A DNA stretch of 11,865 nucleotides from Candidatus Methylomirabilales bacterium (lineage in GTDB: Bacteria > Methylomirabilota > Methylomirabilia > Methylomirabilales > CSP1-5), in the NCBI GenBank assembly GCA_046758505.1, contig JBHIAH010000081.1, forward strand, positions 1 to 11,865. The letters run 5' to 3'. Both the position numbers and the translations under genes were made by a program. Position 1 is the stretch's first letter. Each line of letters begins with the position of its first letter. Shown here one piece after another: positions 1 through 7,942 of this stretch. The notes beneath the pieces were generated by a model. The model saw nothing but the letters and a program-made list of their open reading frames with translations. It was not told the origin of the DNA and ran no database searches.

Positions 1-1
1 T

Positions 2-871
2 CTCATCTGCGAACCCGTGGGAAGGAACACGGCCGCCTGCATCGGCTTGGCCTCTGTGTTCCTCGAACGGCGCGATCCTGATGCGATTGTCGTAGTTGTC
101 CCCGCCGATCATCACATTCCGGAATCACCGGCGTTCCTTGCCTGCATAGAACAGGCTGTTCACATCGCCGGCAAGCGGGAGGTGACAGTGATCATAGGGA
201 TACGGCCAGACCGTCCCGAGACAGGATACGGGTATGTGAAGATCGGGTTGGAGGTCGAGCCGGATGTCTACAGAGTTCAACGGTTTCATGAGAAGCCGGA
301 CGCGGAGGTGGCACGGCACTATGTGGACGCTGGAGTGTATTTCTGGAATACGGGGATCTTTGTGTGGCAGAATCGGATCATCGAACAGTTGATCAAGACA
401 TTTCTTCCGGTCCAGTGGGCGAAGCTGGAGCAGATTCGATCTGCGCTTGGAACGGGAGGGTACGGGAGGGTGCTTGCGGAGACCTATCCCACCATGGAGA
501 AGGTTTCAGTCGATTACGGGGTGTTGGAGAAGGCAAAGGACATCTATGCGGTCCACGGTCACTTCGCGTGGGATGATCTCGGGTCCTGGACGGCCCTGGA
601 TCGGGTCCTGCCACGGGATCAAGAAGATAATGTCGTGATTGGTCGGCACGTAAGTCTCAACACCTCGGATTGTGTCATCTATGGACAGGAGGGGAAAGTC
701 GTCGCCACGATCGGAATACGAGATATGATCATCGCGGAGACAGAGCACGGCCTCTTGATCTGCCCGAAGTCCCGTTCACAGGACATTCGACAGCTGCTGG
801 CCGAGATGGCGGAGCGCGGGACAGAGGGAAGTGAGAAAATAGAAGGTGGAAAAGTGAAAACAGACCCGTGA
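2..871 (+). CDS. manC: Mannose-1-phosphate guanylyltransferase (monofunctional GMP type), 5'-truncated by the window edge
   Basis: The frame is open from position 2 (LICEPVGRNTA). Family motifs: EPxGRNTA, PADHHI, GIRPDRPETGYGY, FHEKPD, WNTGIF, SVDYGVLEK, WDDLGSW. There is no C-terminal cupin PMI domain. The track's start at 17 is an internal GTG. Confidence 0.93.
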   Translation, partial: LICEPVGRNTAACIGLASVFLERRDPDAIVVVVPADHHIPESPAFLACIEQAVHIAGKREVTVIIGIRPDRPETGYGYVKIGLEVEPDVYRVQRFHEKPDAEVARHYVDAGVYFWNTGIFVWQNRIIEQLIKTFLPVQWAKLEQIRSALGTGGYGRVLAETYPTMEKVSVDYGVLEKAKDIYAVHGHFAWDDLGSWTALDRVLPRDQEDNVVIGRHVSLNTSDCVIYGQEGKVVATIGIRDMIIAETEHGLLICPKSRSQDIRQLLAEMAERGTEGSEKIEGGKVKTDP

Positions 872-951
872 GGCATAGAGATCATTGGGCTACGACAACG
901 AAACGTGTGTAAGCTTCAACCCAATTTTCGATTTTCACATTTCCGTTTTCG
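834..951. repeat. Inverted pair of degenerate heptamer tandem tracts
   Basis: Left 834-861: agaaaat agaaggt ggaaaag tgaaaac. Right 924-951: attttcg attttca catttcc gttttcg (reverse complement cgaaaac ggaaatg tgaaaat cgaaaat). Confidence 0.6.
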
Positions 952-1010
952 TCCAGGAACGGATAACTCCCGACTTCTGAACCCTGATTGTTAACTGTGG
1001 AGGGATGACG

Positions 1011-2354
1011 GTGGACGTATGTGTCGTCGGCGTGGGCTACGTCGGGCTCGTGACAGCGGCCTGCCTTGCTCACACGGGGAATACGGTCATCGGCGTTGAT
1101 GACGACGGAGAGAAGATCAAGCGACTGCACGGCGGCGAGGTCCCTATTTTCGAGCCGTTCTTGGATGAAATGATTGCAGAGCAGCGTAGGGAGGGGAGCC
1201 TTCGGTTCACGGAGGACCTCGCAGAGGGCGTCCGTTCCAGCCGGATTGTATTCATTTGTGTCGGCACTCCGCCGCTGGAGGGGGGGGAGGCAGACCTTTC
1301 CTCGGTGGAGAATGTGGTGCGGCGTACCGCGGAGGTGGCAGAAGGCGCCAAGCTGATTGTGGAGAAAAGTACGGTTCCTGTCCAGACCGGCCTCTGGGTG
1401 AAAAAGACGCTCCAAGTGTATGGCCATGCAGTAAGCGGGGAATGCGAGGTAGCCTCGAATCCTGAGTTCTTGCGGGAGGGGTCGGCGGTAGAGGATTTTC
1501 TGCATCCTGATCGGATCGTGATCGGCGTGGAGAGGCCGGAGGCAGAACAGCTGCTCCGCTCGCTTTACGATCCCGTGATTCGAGGCCGGTTCCACTGCCC
1601 GGTTCATCGAGCCTGTCCGAATCGCGGCGAGGTCCCATTCCTGGTGACGGACATTGCGAGTGCCGAGCTTATCAAGCATGCCTCGAACTCTTTCCTCGCC
1701 ATGAAAATCTCGTATATGAATGTGATGGCGGATCTGTGTGAAAAAGTCGGCGCAGATGTCTTGCGAGTCGCAGAAGGGATGGGCCTGGACCCGCGGATTG
1801 GCCGGGCCTTCCTTGATGCCGGGATCGGCTTCGGGGGTTTTTGCCTGCCAAAGGACCTGCAGGCGTTTGTTCGTATTGGCGAAAAACATGGGTGTGATCT
1901 GAACCTCCTGAGGGAAGTGGAGCGGATCAACGAGGAGCGGATCAATGTGGCTTTACGGAAATTACAGGACCGACTATGGGTGCTGCGCGGAAAGACAGTC
2001 GCCGTCCTGGGTCTTTCCTTCAAACCAAACACGGATGATATCCGGTTTGCACCCGCCCTGGAGGTCATACGACAACTAGAAAAAGAAGGGGTGCGGGTGA
2101 GGACCTACGATCCCAAGGCGATGCCGAAGACACAAAGGGTCCTGGACACAGTAGAGTTCTGCGGGGATCCTTACGAGGCGTTGGAGGGCGCGGATGCGGC
2201 CATCATCGTAACGGAGTGGGAAGAGTTCAAGAGGCTGGATCTACAGCGGGTGAAGCAACAGATGCGGCGGCCCCTCATCATCGACGGCCGTAATATCTTC
2301 AATCGAGAATCGCTGGAGGCCTTGGGAATCGAGTATAGTGGGATGGGCCGCTAG
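1011..2354 (+). CDS. ugd: UDP-glucose 6-dehydrogenase (UDP-glucose/GDP-mannose dehydrogenase family)
   Basis: Motifs: GVGYVG Rossmann, ICVGTP, EKSTVP, SNPEFLREG, catalytic GFGGFCLPKD, GLSFKPNTDDIR, DGRN. GTG 1011 is preferred as start (GGAGG at 999-1003, 7-nt spacer). ATG 1005 is the alternative. Confidence 0.93.
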   Translation: MDVCVVGVGYVGLVTAACLAHTGNTVIGVDDDGEKIKRLHGGEVPIFEPFLDEMIAEQRREGSLRFTEDLAEGVRSSRIVFICVGTPPLEGGEADLSSVENVVRRTAEVAEGAKLIVEKSTVPVQTGLWVKKTLQVYGHAVSGECEVASNPEFLREGSAVEDFLHPDRIVIGVERPEAEQLLRSLYDPVIRGRFHCPVHRACPNRGEVPFLVTDIASAELIKHASNSFLAMKISYMNVMADLCEKVGADVLRVAEGMGLDPRIGRAFLDAGIGFGGFCLPKDLQAFVRIGEKHGCDLNLLREVERINEERINVALRKLQDRLWVLRGKTVAVLGLSFKPNTDDIRFAPALEVIRQLEKEGVRVRTYDPKAMPKTQRVLDTVEFCGDPYEALEGADAAIIVTEWEEFKRLDLQRVKQQMRRPLIIDGRNIFNRESLEALGIEYSGMGR

Positions 2355-2391
2355 GATCATCGGCGCGATCGGTTATTCAGGAAGAAACAGC

Positions 2392-3351
2392 ATGTCGAAG
2401 ATTCTGGTAACGGGGGGTGCAGGATTTATCGGTTCGCATGTGGTGGATGCATACATCGGGGCAGGCCATGACGTGGTTGTGGTCGATAGCCTTGAGACCG
2501 GATCGAAGAGTCATGTGAATCCAGGCGCACGGTTTTATGAAATGGACATCCTGGGTCCGTCTCTGGAAGCAGTCATTGCGCAAGAAAAACCTACGATGGT
2601 GAATCATCATGCCGCGCAGGCAAGTATCAGTCAGTCTGTCGCGGATCCGGTACAAGATGCGCGGACCAACATCCTGGGAAGTGTTGGCTTGCTGGAGCTC
2701 GCCAGGAAATACGGGGTTCCACATTTCATTTTTGCCTCGAGCGGCGGGGCGGTTTATGGGCGTCAGCAATCGTATCCGGCGAGTGAGGATCACGCACTGA
2801 ACCCCGTGAACGCCTATGGCATCGCCAAGCTTGCCGTGGAAAAATACCTCGAGTATTATCGAGAAGTCCACCAGATCCGCTCCGTCGCATTTCGGTATGC
2901 AAATGTGTATGGGCCGAGGCAAGACCCCCATGGAGAGGCTGGGGTCGTGGCAATCTTTATCGGAGCGCTGCAGGAGGGGAAAGCTCCCATCATCTATGGC
3001 GATGGATACCAGACGCGGGATTTCGTCCATGTGGGAGACGTGGTCCGGGCGAATATTCTGGCGTTGGACCTGCTTCACCGTGAGGACGAGGCGGCGCGTG
3101 GAGAATCGCCGGTATTGAACATTGGGACAGGACAGGAGACCAGCATTCGCGAGATATTTGATCGGCTTGCGTCGATTGTGGGCGGCACCGTGAAATGTCA
3201 GTTTGAAGCGGCGCGGGTGGGAGAGATACGTCGGAGCGTCGTGGATTGGGGTCAAGCGTGCAAGGTCCTGAACTGGAAACCAAGCGTCAGTCTTGAGGAG
3301 GGCCTTCGAGAAACTGTCGCGTGGTTTCTGAGAAGGGATATTCCGCATTAA
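2392..3351 (+). CDS. NAD-dependent epimerase/dehydratase (extended SDR, UDP-glucose 4-epimerase-like)
   Basis: MSKILVTGGAGFIG, SSGGAVYG, catalytic YGIAK (YxxxK), RYANVYGPRQDPHGEAGVV, GDGYQTRDFVHV. ATG 2392 avoids overlap with ugd. The substrate cannot be determined by eye. Confidence 0.9.
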   Translation: MSKILVTGGAGFIGSHVVDAYIGAGHDVVVVDSLETGSKSHVNPGARFYEMDILGPSLEAVIAQEKPTMVNHHAAQASISQSVADPVQDARTNILGSVGLLELARKYGVPHFIFASSGGAVYGRQQSYPASEDHALNPVNAYGIAKLAVEKYLEYYREVHQIRSVAFRYANVYGPRQDPHGEAGVVAIFIGALQEGKAPIIYGDGYQTRDFVHVGDVVRANILALDLLHREDEAARGESPVLNIGTGQETSIREIFDRLASIVGGTVKCQFEAARVGEIRRSVVDWGQACKVLNWKPSVSLEEGLRETVAWFLRRDIPH

Positions 3352-3377
3352 AAACGCGGAGCCGGAGGGTGCCGGGG

Positions 3378-3959
3378 ATGGGGGGGGCGATTCTGCACTA
3401 TTTTGAAAACCTTGGAGCACTGTTTTCCAGTGTCCAGACGACGGACTCTCTTCAGAGACCTGTGGAGCTATCAGAAGGTCTTTTGGACGCTGTCGACCGC
3501 ATCGTCACGCAAGCGGCGGGTGGGCGGAAGGTCATGTTTATCGGAAACGGGGGAAGTGCAGCCATCGCAAGCCACCTCGCGGTTGACTATTGGAAGAATG
3601 GAGGTGTGCGGGCTATCGCTTTCAATGATTCCTCGCTCTTGACGTGTATCAGTAATGATTATGGATACGCGCAGGTATTTGCCAAACCCGTGCAGATGTT
3701 CGCCAAAGCCGGGGATGTCCTGGTGGCGATCAGCAGCTCTGGTCGTTCCGAGAACATTCTCTCCGCCGTCAATGTGGCGAAGGCGATGGGCTGTACAGTA
3801 GTGACCCTGTCAGGCTTCGCTGTTGATAACCCGCTTCGGCGGTTGGGCGATCTGAATTTTTACGTGCCTTCACAATCGTACGGACATGTGGAGATCGTCC
3901 ATTTGAGTCTGTGTCACTGCATATTGGATACGATCATGAGTCACCGGACGGCGGGATAG
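3378..3959 (+). CDS. gmhA: SIS-domain phosphoheptose isomerase-like protein (GmhA family)
   Basis: GNGGSAAIASH, NDYGYAQVF, GDVLVAISSSGRSENI. GGAGG at 3364-3368 precedes ATG 3378. The metal-site residues are non-canonical (see findings). Confidence 0.8.
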   Translation: MGGAILHYFENLGALFSSVQTTDSLQRPVELSEGLLDAVDRIVTQAAGGRKVMFIGNGGSAAIASHLAVDYWKNGGVRAIAFNDSSLLTCISNDYGYAQVFAKPVQMFAKAGDVLVAISSSGRSENILSAVNVAKAMGCTVVTLSGFAVDNPLRRLGDLNFYVPSQSYGHVEIVHLSLCHCILDTIMSHRTAG

Positions 3960-3962
3960 CGA

Positions 3963-5090
3963 GTGAAAGATCAGGACGCGATGATCCCCTTGGTCGATCT
4001 GAGGAAGCACACGGGGCACCTGGAAGGAGAGATTCAGCGCGCTATCGCTGAAGTGCTCGCCGACTGCCATTTTGTAAAAGGGATATGGATCGAGCAATTT
4101 GAGGAGGCGTTTGCCCGGTACTGTGGGGTCGCGTATGCCAGTGCAGTTTCCTCGGGAACTGCGGCCCTGCAGCTGGCATTATGGGCAGCAGGCGTGGGAC
4201 GGGAGGATGAAGTCATCACCAGCCCGTACACTTTTATCGCTACGGCTGAGGCTATCACCAGCGTGGGTGCTCGGCCGGTCTTCGTCGATATCCGGCCTGA
4301 CACATTCACGCTCGACCCGGAAAAAATAGACGGAGCCATTACGAAGAAAACAAAGGTTATCATCCCGGTGGATCTGTACGGACAGCCGGCGGATCTCGAC
4401 GCGATCCGGGAAGTCGCCCAGGCCTATCAATTGTTGATGATAGAAGACGCCTGTCAGGCAACCGGAGCTGAGTACAAGGGATCTCGCCTGGGAGGTAAGA
4501 GTGACCTGACCTGCTTTAGTTTCTATCCCTCGAAGAATCTCGGAGCACTAGGGGATGCCGGGGCGGTGGTGACGAACGAGCGCGAGGCGATAGAGCACGT
4601 CGGGGTGCGGAGGAACCATGGACAGCGGGGACCGTACACCCACGAAGTCGAGGGGCTGAACGCCCGGATGGACTCGATTCAGGCGGCGGTCCTTCTGCTG
4701 AAGCTTCGGTACCTGGATCAATGGAACGATCAGAGGAGAAAGCATGCTCGGCAGTACGACGAGCTGTTGGGCGATATCGAGGCGGTAACAACGCCGGCGG
4801 TCATGCAGTATGCGAATCCGGTGTACGCGCTGTACACGATCCGCGTCCAGAATCGGGATCGTGTACAGGCGCATCTCCGTCAACGGGGGATTGTGACCGG
4901 GGTGTACTATCCCGTTCCCCTTCACTTCCAGCCGGCCTATCGATACCTCGGATATAAGGAAAACGATTTTCCGGCGGCGGAGACGGCAGCCCGAGAGGTG
5001 TTATCCCTGCCGCTGTACCCGGAACTGAGCGAGGGTGAGATTAACCACGTCGCAGAGAGTATCCGCGATTTCTGTCGGAGGAAGCGGTAA
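3963..5090 (+). CDS. DegT/DnrJ/EryC1/StrS-family PLP-dependent sugar aminotransferase
   Basis: IPLVDL, SSGTAAL, TFIATAEAI, IEDACQA, PLP-lysine motif FSFYPSKNLGALGDAG, NARMDSIQAA, YYPVPLH, LSLPLYPEL. The start is GTG 3963 or ATG 3981. Confidence 0.93.
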   Translation: MKDQDAMIPLVDLRKHTGHLEGEIQRAIAEVLADCHFVKGIWIEQFEEAFARYCGVAYASAVSSGTAALQLALWAAGVGREDEVITSPYTFIATAEAITSVGARPVFVDIRPDTFTLDPEKIDGAITKKTKVIIPVDLYGQPADLDAIREVAQAYQLLMIEDACQATGAEYKGSRLGGKSDLTCFSFYPSKNLGALGDAGAVVTNEREAIEHVGVRRNHGQRGPYTHEVEGLNARMDSIQAAVLLLKLRYLDQWNDQRRKHARQYDELLGDIEAVTTPAVMQYANPVYALYTIRVQNRDRVQAHLRQRGIVTGVYYPVPLHFQPAYRYLGYKENDFPAAETAAREVLSLPLYPELSEGEINHVAESIRDFCRRKR

Positions 5091-5092
5091 GC

Positions 5093-6103
5093 GTGGGTGG
5101 GGTAGACATTTCCGCCATTCTGGTGAACTGGAACACCAGAGATCTCCTCCTGCGATGTGTGACCACCTTGGGATCTGCTCTCCGTGACCACTCCCATGAG
5201 GTGTGGTTCGTGGACAACGGGTCACAGGATGGGAGCGTGGAGGCGGTGCGCCGCCACTTTCCCGCCGTGCACATCATTGCGAATGAAGACAACCGGGGAT
5301 ATGCCGGGGCAGTGAATCAGGCCCTGGCGTGTGTGAGGGGCCGCTACGTCCTCCTCCTCAATACCGATGCGCTTCCGATGGCTGATGCAGTCACCCATCT
5401 TTTTGCCTTTCTCGAGAGGCACCCCGGGACGGCGGCCGCAGGGGGGCAACTGCTCTGCCCGGACGGATCGCGCCAGAACTCCGTCGCCAATTTTCCCTCC
5501 GTCAGCACGGAGCTGCTGAACAAGTCCTTCCTGCGAATGTTCTTCCCGCGTCGGTTTCCGGGAAAGCGACGAGATTCGCTGGATCCTTTGGAAGTCGAGT
5601 CACTGGTGGGGGCATGTCTGCTGGTGCGCCGGGGTGTCATCGACGAAATCGGCCCCCTGGACGAACGGTACTTCTTTTTCTTGGAGGAAACTGACTGGTG
5701 TTATCGGATGCGGCAGGCGGGGTACGGGATCTACCACGTGCCGCGGGCACGGATCTATCACCTGCAAGGCGCCAGCGCACGGGGTTTTGAGGCCGAGGCC
5801 AGAATAGAGTACCATCGCTCTCGCTTGCGTTTCTTCAAAAAGCACCGTGGTCCGCTTGAGGCAGGACTGGTGGCAGCGGGTGGTATGATCCGGGTGGGAG
5901 TGGATACTGTGACGCTGGGTATCCTCAGCCTTCTCCCTGGACTGGGGAAGAGCGGGCTAAGGCGGAGGTCCGAGGTAGCCCGCCGGCTCCTCGGCTGGTA
6001 CCTCCACGGCTGTCCTGCAGTCGATGGACTGCCTGGACGATCTGGGGGTCCGGTGTCCGACAGGGCCGACAGGGCCGACAAGGCCGACAAGGCCAACAGC
6101 TGA
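5093..6103 (+). CDS. Glycosyltransferase family 2 (WbbL/rhamnosyltransferase-like)
   Basis: ILVNWNT, VDNGSQDGS, NRGYAGAVN, LLLNTD, GACLLVRR, DERYFFFLEETDWCYR. GGAGG at 5077-5081. Confidence 0.9.
   Translation: MGGVDISAILVNWNTRDLLLRCVTTLGSALRDHSHEVWFVDNGSQDGSVEAVRRHFPAVHIIANEDNRGYAGAVNQALACVRGRYVLLLNTDALPMADAVTHLFAFLERHPGTAAAGGQLLCPDGSRQNSVANFPSVSTELLNKSFLRMFFPRRFPGKRRDSLDPLEVESLVGACLLVRRGVIDEIGPLDERYFFFLEETDWCYRMRQAGYGIYHVPRARIYHLQGASARGFEAEARIEYHRSRLRFFKKHRGPLEAGLVAAGGMIRVGVDTVTLGILSLLPGLGKSGLRRRSEVARRLLGWYLHGCPAVDGLPGRSGGPVSDRADRADKADKANS
6057..6101 (+). repeat. In-frame 9-nt tandem repeat, 5 units
   Basis: ccgacaggg ccgacaggg ccgacaagg ccgacaagg ccaacagct, encoding DRADRADKADKANS at the GT2 C-terminus. 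Confidence 0.85.
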
Positions 6104-6148
6104 ATCATTCCGGGCTCCGGATGTTTTCATCGGAAGGACCCTTTTCAG

Positions 6149-6177
6149 TTGACTTTTCCCGTGGAAGACCCTAGGGT
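6149..6177 (+). promoter_or_regulatory. Putative sigma70-type promoter upstream of kdsD
   Basis: TTGACT (6149-6154), 17-nt spacer, TAGGGT (6172-6177; keeps T1, A2, T6 of the -10 consensus). It ends 40 nt before the kdsD ATG. Confidence 0.5.
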
Positions 6178-6217
6178 ACGTTCCGGGCCTGACCAAAGGG
6201 AGCGGGGGAGTAGCGCG

Positions 6218-7177
6218 ATGATCCTGGAGCGGGCACGGCGAGTCCTGAAAATCGAGGCTGAGGCGGTTGCGGCCCTCATTCCTCGGATAGACGAGCAGTT
6301 TATTCGGGCGGTGGATGTCCTGTATCGCTGTCAAGGCCGGGTCGTGCTGACGGGGATCGGGAAGTCCGGTTTTGTTGCCAAGAAGATTGCTGCCACGTTG
6401 ACCAGCACGGGGACGCCGGCTCTGTACCTGCATCCCGCCGAGGGCGTTCATGGAGATCTGGGGATGATCGTGGGTGGGGACGTGGTCATCGCCGTTTCCA
6501 ACAGTGGTGGGACTGCCGAGATCTTGGAGATTCTTCCTGCCCTGAAACGATTCGGGGTTAGCCTCATTGCGCTGGTCGGAAAGCTGGACTCCGCTTTGGC
6601 CCGGGAGAGTGATGTGGCACTCGACGTGGGGGTGAAAGAAGAGGCGTGCTCGTTGAATTTGGCCCCCACCGCCAGCACGACGGCCGCGTTGGCAATGGGG
6701 GACGCGCTGGCCGTAGCCTTGCTGGAGAAGCGGGGCTTCAAGGCGGAGAACTTTGCGGACCTCCATCCCGGGGGTCGGCTGGGTCGCCGTCTCCTCCTGC
6801 GGGTGCGAGACCTGATGCATGTGGGCCCGGAGATGCCCATCATCTCTGAGCAAATGCTCATGCGGGATGCCATCTTGGAGATCAGCACAAAGCGTCTTGG
6901 AATGACGATGGTGGTCGATAGCGGCGGACGGCTCACGGGGGTGATTACGGATGGCGATCTGCGGCGCGGCCTGGAGAAGTTCAGTAACCTCCTCGAGCGG
7001 CAGGCCCTGGACTGTATGACTCGTCATCCGAAGACAATCGACAAGGACGAGCTGGCTGCCCGGGCCGTTCAGGTCATGGAGCAAAATAAAATTACCTCTC
7101 TCCTGACTATCAGTCCTGGGGGGCACCCCGAGGGAGTGATCCATCTGCACGACATCTTGCAGGCCGGTGTCGTGTAG
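6218..7177 (+). CDS. kdsD: D-arabinose 5-phosphate isomerase (KpsF/GutQ family, SIS domain plus CBS pair)
   Basis: TGIGKSG, STGTPA, HPAEGVHGDLG, EEACSLNLAPTASTT, HPGGRLG, CBS pair (GVITDGDLRR, GVIHLHDIL). GGGGGAG precedes ATG 6218. Adjacent to kdsC. Confidence 0.95.
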   Translation: MILERARRVLKIEAEAVAALIPRIDEQFIRAVDVLYRCQGRVVLTGIGKSGFVAKKIAATLTSTGTPALYLHPAEGVHGDLGMIVGGDVVIAVSNSGGTAEILEILPALKRFGVSLIALVGKLDSALARESDVALDVGVKEEACSLNLAPTASTTAALAMGDALAVALLEKRGFKAENFADLHPGGRLGRRLLLRVRDLMHVGPEMPIISEQMLMRDAILEISTKRLGMTMVVDSGGRLTGVITDGDLRRGLEKFSNLLERQALDCMTRHPKTIDKDELAARAVQVMEQNKITSLLTISPGGHPEGVIHLHDILQAGVV

Positions 7178-7180
7178 CAG

Positions 7181-7357
7181 CAGTGAGCGGTGGGTAGTGG
7201 CTGGTGATTGGTGGGGGTTCACGGCTCAACGTTGAACCCTTCGGTACGCTCAGGGCGGTGAGCTGAGGCGAACCGCGTTGCACGTTGAACGGACGCTGCT
7301 GGCAGCCGACTCCAAGTGTGGCATTCACGATTTACTGCTCGCCGGTCATCGGTCATC
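7181..7357. repeat. Degenerate heptamer tracts in inverted arrangement
   Basis: Left 7181-7236: cagtgag cggtggg tagtggc tggtgat tggtggg ggttcac ggctcaa cgttgaa, resuming at 7276-7289 (cgttgca cgttgaa). Right 7323-7357: attcacg atttact gctcgcc ggtcatc ggtcatc. Confidence 0.65.
7237..7275. repeat. REP-like imperfect hairpin
   Basis: cccTTCGgtacGCTCAgggcggTGAGCtgaggCGAAccg. GCTCA (7248-7252) pairs with TGAGC (7259-7263), and TTCG (7240-7243) pairs with CGAA (7269-7272). Confidence 0.55.
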
Positions 7358-7367
7358 GAGGTGGCGG

Positions 7368-7928
7368 ATGACGAGAAGGAAGACGCAGAATCGTCGGCAG
7401 CTCAGGGAGCGGGCGAAACGCATTCGGCTGCTCTTGCTAGATGTGGATGGTGTCTTAACGGATGGTCGAATCATGTACGGCAGCGCAGGGACCGAGGTCC
7501 TAGCCTTCCATGTGCGGGATGGGCTGGCCCTCAGGGGGGCGCAGGCATCGGGAGTCACGGTGGGGCTTGTGAGCGGGCGGAAATCCGAGGCGCTCCTCCG
7601 GCGGGCCGAGGAACTCAATCTGTTGGAGGTACACGCGGGAGTCGAAGACAAGATGGGTGTGTATCGACAATTGTTGATGCGGTACCGTTTGGGGGATGCG
7701 GAAGTCGCCTATATGGGCGATGATCTTCCGGACCTCCCCGTGCTTCAGCAGGTGGGTCTGGCCATTACTGTTGCCGATGCGCCGGAAGAGGTTCGGAGCG
7801 CAGCCCACCTGGTGACCTCTCTCTCCGGGGGGAAGGGGGCGGTGCGTGAGGCGGTGGAATGGCTCCTGAAATCCCAGGGGACCTGGGGTCAGGTGTGTGC
7901 GGATTTTCAGAGTAACCGGGACTCGTGA
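7368..7928 (+). CDS. kdsC: 3-deoxy-D-manno-octulosonate 8-phosphate phosphatase (HAD, KdsC/YrbI family)
   Basis: [43 protein letters not shown] at 7358-7364 precedes ATG 7368. Confidence 0.93.
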   Translation: MTRRKTQNRRQLRERAKRIRLLLLDVDGVLTDGRIMYGSAGTEVLAFHVRDGLALRGAQASGVTVGLVSGRKSEALLRRAEELNLLEVHAGVEDKMGVYRQLLMRYRLGDAEVAYMGDDLPDLPVLQQVGLAITVADAPEEVRSAAHLVTSLSGGKGAVREAVEWLLKSQGTWGQVCADFQSNRDS

Positions 7929-7942
7929 GGAGGGAAGCACCG

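Noticed and set aside
1279..1287. G run in ugd (gggggg..., from 1281) and similar runs at 3380-3387 as phase-variation tracts
   Set aside because: The runs are short, in frame, encode Gly codons and are unremarkable at this GC content.
6106..6130. Intrinsic terminator after GT2 (tccgg-gct-ccgga followed by tgttttcat)
   Set aside because: The core stem is only 5 bp and the U-tract is interrupted. It is possible but too weak to call.
6149..7367. Extended N-termini from the ORF track for kdsD (6149) and kdsC (7278), and likewise 2338, 3321 and 7925
   Set aside because: The extensions run through promoter, repeat or overlapping-gene sequence. The downstream ATGs have SD-like sequences and match family N-termini.
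7929..7942. SAM riboswitch upstream of metK
   Set aside because: The gap is only 14 nt, and no S-box core is evident in the kdsD or kdsC leaders.
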